Assembly (NCBI GenBank): GCA_963766305.1
Contig: CAVYAE010000066.1
Span: forward strand, 42,966-106,965
Direction: 5' to 3'
DNA: 64,000 nucleotides
Source: an uncultured Bacteroidota bacterium
GTDB lineage: Bacteria; Bacteroidota; Bacteroidia; Bacteroidales; JAAUTT01
The position numbers and the translations under genes were made by a program. Positions within the stretch are counted from its first letter, which is position 1; every line of letters starts with the position of its first letter. The notes below the pieces were generated by a model, which saw only the letters and a program-made list of their open reading frames with translations, ran no database searches and had not been told where the DNA came from. This document shows positions 61,532 to 64,000 of this stretch, piece after piece.

Positions 61532-63901
61532 ATGATTAATAATTTTGGCAGATTGAATTTTTTAATTATTTCATGTATAATAATTTATAATATTAATATT
61601 TATTCCCAACAGGGTAACGGAAGTATTAAAGGGAAGATTATAAGCATAAAAAATAATGAGCCGGTACCTTATGTAACAATTAATGTCATAGGCACTAACA
61701 TTGGAGTTATAAGTGATAGTACAGGTAACTTTTTAATTAAAGGACTCAGTCCGGGTTATGTCCGTTTAAAAGTTACATCGGTGGGATACAAGGCCTTTAT
61801 AACTGACAACTTATTTGTAACCAATGTAAGACCAACTGAAACTGAAATTGAAATTGAGGAAGATGTAACACAGGTAGGAGAAGTAGTTGTAAAAGGATCT
61901 GCGATAATGCATAAAGATGATATTCCTGTTTCTTTGCAATCACTTAGCAGTGCTGAAATTGAGAAAAGTCCCGGATCAAACAGGGATATATCAAAAGTAA
62001 TGCAAACATTACCCGGAGTTTCTTCTACTCCGGCATATAGAAATGATATTATTGTCAGGGGAGGAGGTACCAGTGAAAACAGGTTTTATTTGGATGGCAT
62101 AGAAATACCGGTAATAAATCACTTTTCTACACAGGGGGCTTCAGGTGGTCCGGTTGGGATTATTAATCTTGATTTTATTCAGGATGTCAATTTTTATTCA
62201 GGTGCATTTCCTTCAGACCGTGAAGATGCACTCAGTTCGGTAATTGAATTTAAGCAAACTGACGGAAATAAAGAAAGGATAAAATTTAAAGGAGATATAG
62301 GTGCCACAGATATTGGTGTTTCACTTGACGGACCAATTTCAAAAAATTCCACTTTTCTGTTCTCAGCAAGAAGATCATATCTGCAACTTGAATTTGCGGC
62401 ACTTCAGCTTCCTTTTTTACCTACATATAATGATGCACAAACCAAAATAAAAATAAAATTAAACGATAAAAATATTATTTCTATAATAGGATTAGGGGCA
62501 TATGATATATCTACGCTGAACCTAAGTGCCAACTCCACTGAAGATGAGAGATATATTCTTGGTTATCTGCCTGTAATTGAGGAGTTGAGTTATACAGTAG
62601 GGGCTGTTTATAAACATTTTGAACAAAACAGTAATCAAATAATTGCTTTAAGCCGAAATTATCTTTACAATTACAATTACAAGTACCTGGATAATAATGT
62701 AGACTCGGCTAAAATACTGGATTATAAGTCCTATGAAGCAGATAACCGTTTTCGGTTTGAAAATAATTTTGATTTTGAAAACGGGTTAAAGCTAAATATG
62801 GGATTAAATTTTGATGTAGCCCAGTTTCATAATTCAACTGCTGCTACCCTGTCTTCATATGGTTTTGTTTCTGATCTTACTTTTCTTAAATATGGTTTAT
62901 TTATACAGGGTAGTGACCATATTATTGATAATAAACTGGGAATATCTGCCGGTATTCGTGTTGATGCCAATAATTATTCAAGTACAATGACCAATCCACT
63001 AAATCAGTTTTCACCACACCTTTCACTTTCCTGGTCATTAACCGACAGGTTATTTTTAAATGGTAATATCGGAAGGTATTTCGAGCTTCCGCCTTCCACT
63101 TCTCTGGGGTTTAAGAACCAGCAGGGAGTGCTTATAAATAAACAGAATGGAATGTTATATATTCAGTCCGATCATTATGTGGGGGGAATTGAATATCATC
63201 CAAATGAACATAGCAAACTTTCCCTGGAAGGTTTCTACAAATACTATACTCATTATCCATTTTCCGTAGCTGACTCAGAATCTATAGCCAGTGAAGGAGC
63301 TGATTATGTAGTCTTTGGAGATGAGGAGATACGTTCCACAGGCATTGGCAGAGCTTATGGGGCCGAGTTATTTTATCAGGATAAAGGCCTGAAGAATAAT
63401 AGCTTGCTGTTAGCTTTAACATTAGTGAGAAGTGAATTTCAAAATCTTCATGGGACATATATCCCTACAGCCTGGGATAACAAAATTATTTTTAATATTA
63501 CCGATACAAGGAGTTTGCCGCGAAACTGGAGGGCAGGTTTTAAATGGAGGTATGTAGGAGGGGCACCATACACTCCTTATAATATTCCATATTCGTCAAT
63601 TATAACGAATTGGAATGCACAGGGAAGAGGGTACCTTGACTACAGTAAATTCAACCAGGACAGATTACAGGGTTTTCAGGAACTGGACATCAGGATTGAT
63701 AAGGAATATTTCTTTAAAAAATGGACTCTGAATCTTTACCTGGATATACAAAATGTATATGATTTTCAGGCTCAACAGCCACCCCTTCTAGTAATTAACG
63801 AGACAGACCCCATTAAAGATGCAACTCATTACAATTTGTTACTTATAAATAATACTGCAGGTACTATTATTCCTTCTGTAGGTGCGTTTTTCATTTTTTA
63901 A
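61532..63901 (+). CDS. TonB-dependent receptor
   Basis: Signal peptide, carboxypeptidase-like N-domain, plug LPGV...IIVRGG...EN.FYLDGIEIP, GRAYGAEL, terminal Phe. Confidence 0.9.
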   Translation: MINNFGRLNFLIISCIIIYNINIYSQQGNGSIKGKIISIKNNEPVPYVTINVIGTNIGVISDSTGNFLIKGLSPGYVRLKVTSVGYKAFITDNLFVTNVRPTETEIEIEEDVTQVGEVVVKGSAIMHKDDIPVSLQSLSSAEIEKSPGSNRDISKVMQTLPGVSSTPAYRNDIIVRGGGTSENRFYLDGIEIPVINHFSTQGASGGPVGIINLDFIQDVNFYSGAFPSDREDALSSVIEFKQTDGNKERIKFKGDIGATDIGVSLDGPISKNSTFLFSARRSYLQLEFAALQLPFLPTYNDAQTKIKIKLNDKNIISIIGLGAYDISTLNLSANSTEDERYILGYLPVIEELSYTVGAVYKHFEQNSNQIIALSRNYLYNYNYKYLDNNVDSAKILDYKSYEADNRFRFENNFDFENGLKLNMGLNFDVAQFHNSTAATLSSYGFVSDLTFLKYGLFIQGSDHIIDNKLGISAGIRVDANNYSSTMTNPLNQFSPHLSLSWSLTDRLFLNGNIGRYFELPPSTSLGFKNQQGVLINKQNGMLYIQSDHYVGGIEYHPNEHSKLSLEGFYKYYTHYPFSVADSESIASEGADYVVFGDEEIRSTGIGRAYGAELFYQDKGLKNNSLLLALTLVRSEFQNLHGTYIPTAWDNKIIFNITDTRSLPRNWRAGFKWRYVGGAPYTPYNIPYSSIITNWNAQGRGYLDYSKFNQDRLQGFQELDIRIDKEYFFKKWTLNLYLDIQNVYDFQAQQPPLLVINETDPIKDATHYNLLLINNTAGTIIPSVGAFFIF

Positions 63902-64000
63902 TTGGGAAATTTGTTAATAATTTAGTGTTTTTTGTCTCTTGGCTTTTTGACTCAAAGTCATAATTTTTTGTTTATAAATTATTATTAATATAAAAGAAAT

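Overview
AT-rich core-chromosome segment of a Bacteroidota bacterium, probably Bacteroidales-like: short region-1.1-less primary sigma factor, T9SS type B C-terminal domain, TonB-dependent receptor and Q-starting secreted proteins. Most of it is housekeeping (gyrB, degP, rpoD, parA-parB-DUF5683-mltD, thyA-folA, recJ, rsmA, cca, tatD, ansA, tRNA-Ser). The main finding is a co-directional minus-strand block at 40343-51619. It joins a leucine/isovalerate catabolic module (3-methylcrotonyl-CoA carboxylase beta and alpha, crotonase-family hydratase, acyl-CoA dehydrogenase) directly to the lower mevalonate pathway (type 2 IDI, class II HMG-CoA reductase, two GHMP kinases, diphosphomevalonate decarboxylase). 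The window has no HMG-CoA synthase, thiolase or HMG-CoA lyase, which suggests a leucine/isovalerate-to-isoprenoid route; mvaD is split by a +1 frameshift in an 8-nt homopolymer. The second highlight lies just downstream of tRNA-Ser(GGA): a ~115-nt multi-stem structured element followed by nine GC-rich hairpin repeats (60-77 bp) that are not a CRISPR array. All calls come from reading motifs by eye; no database searches were run.
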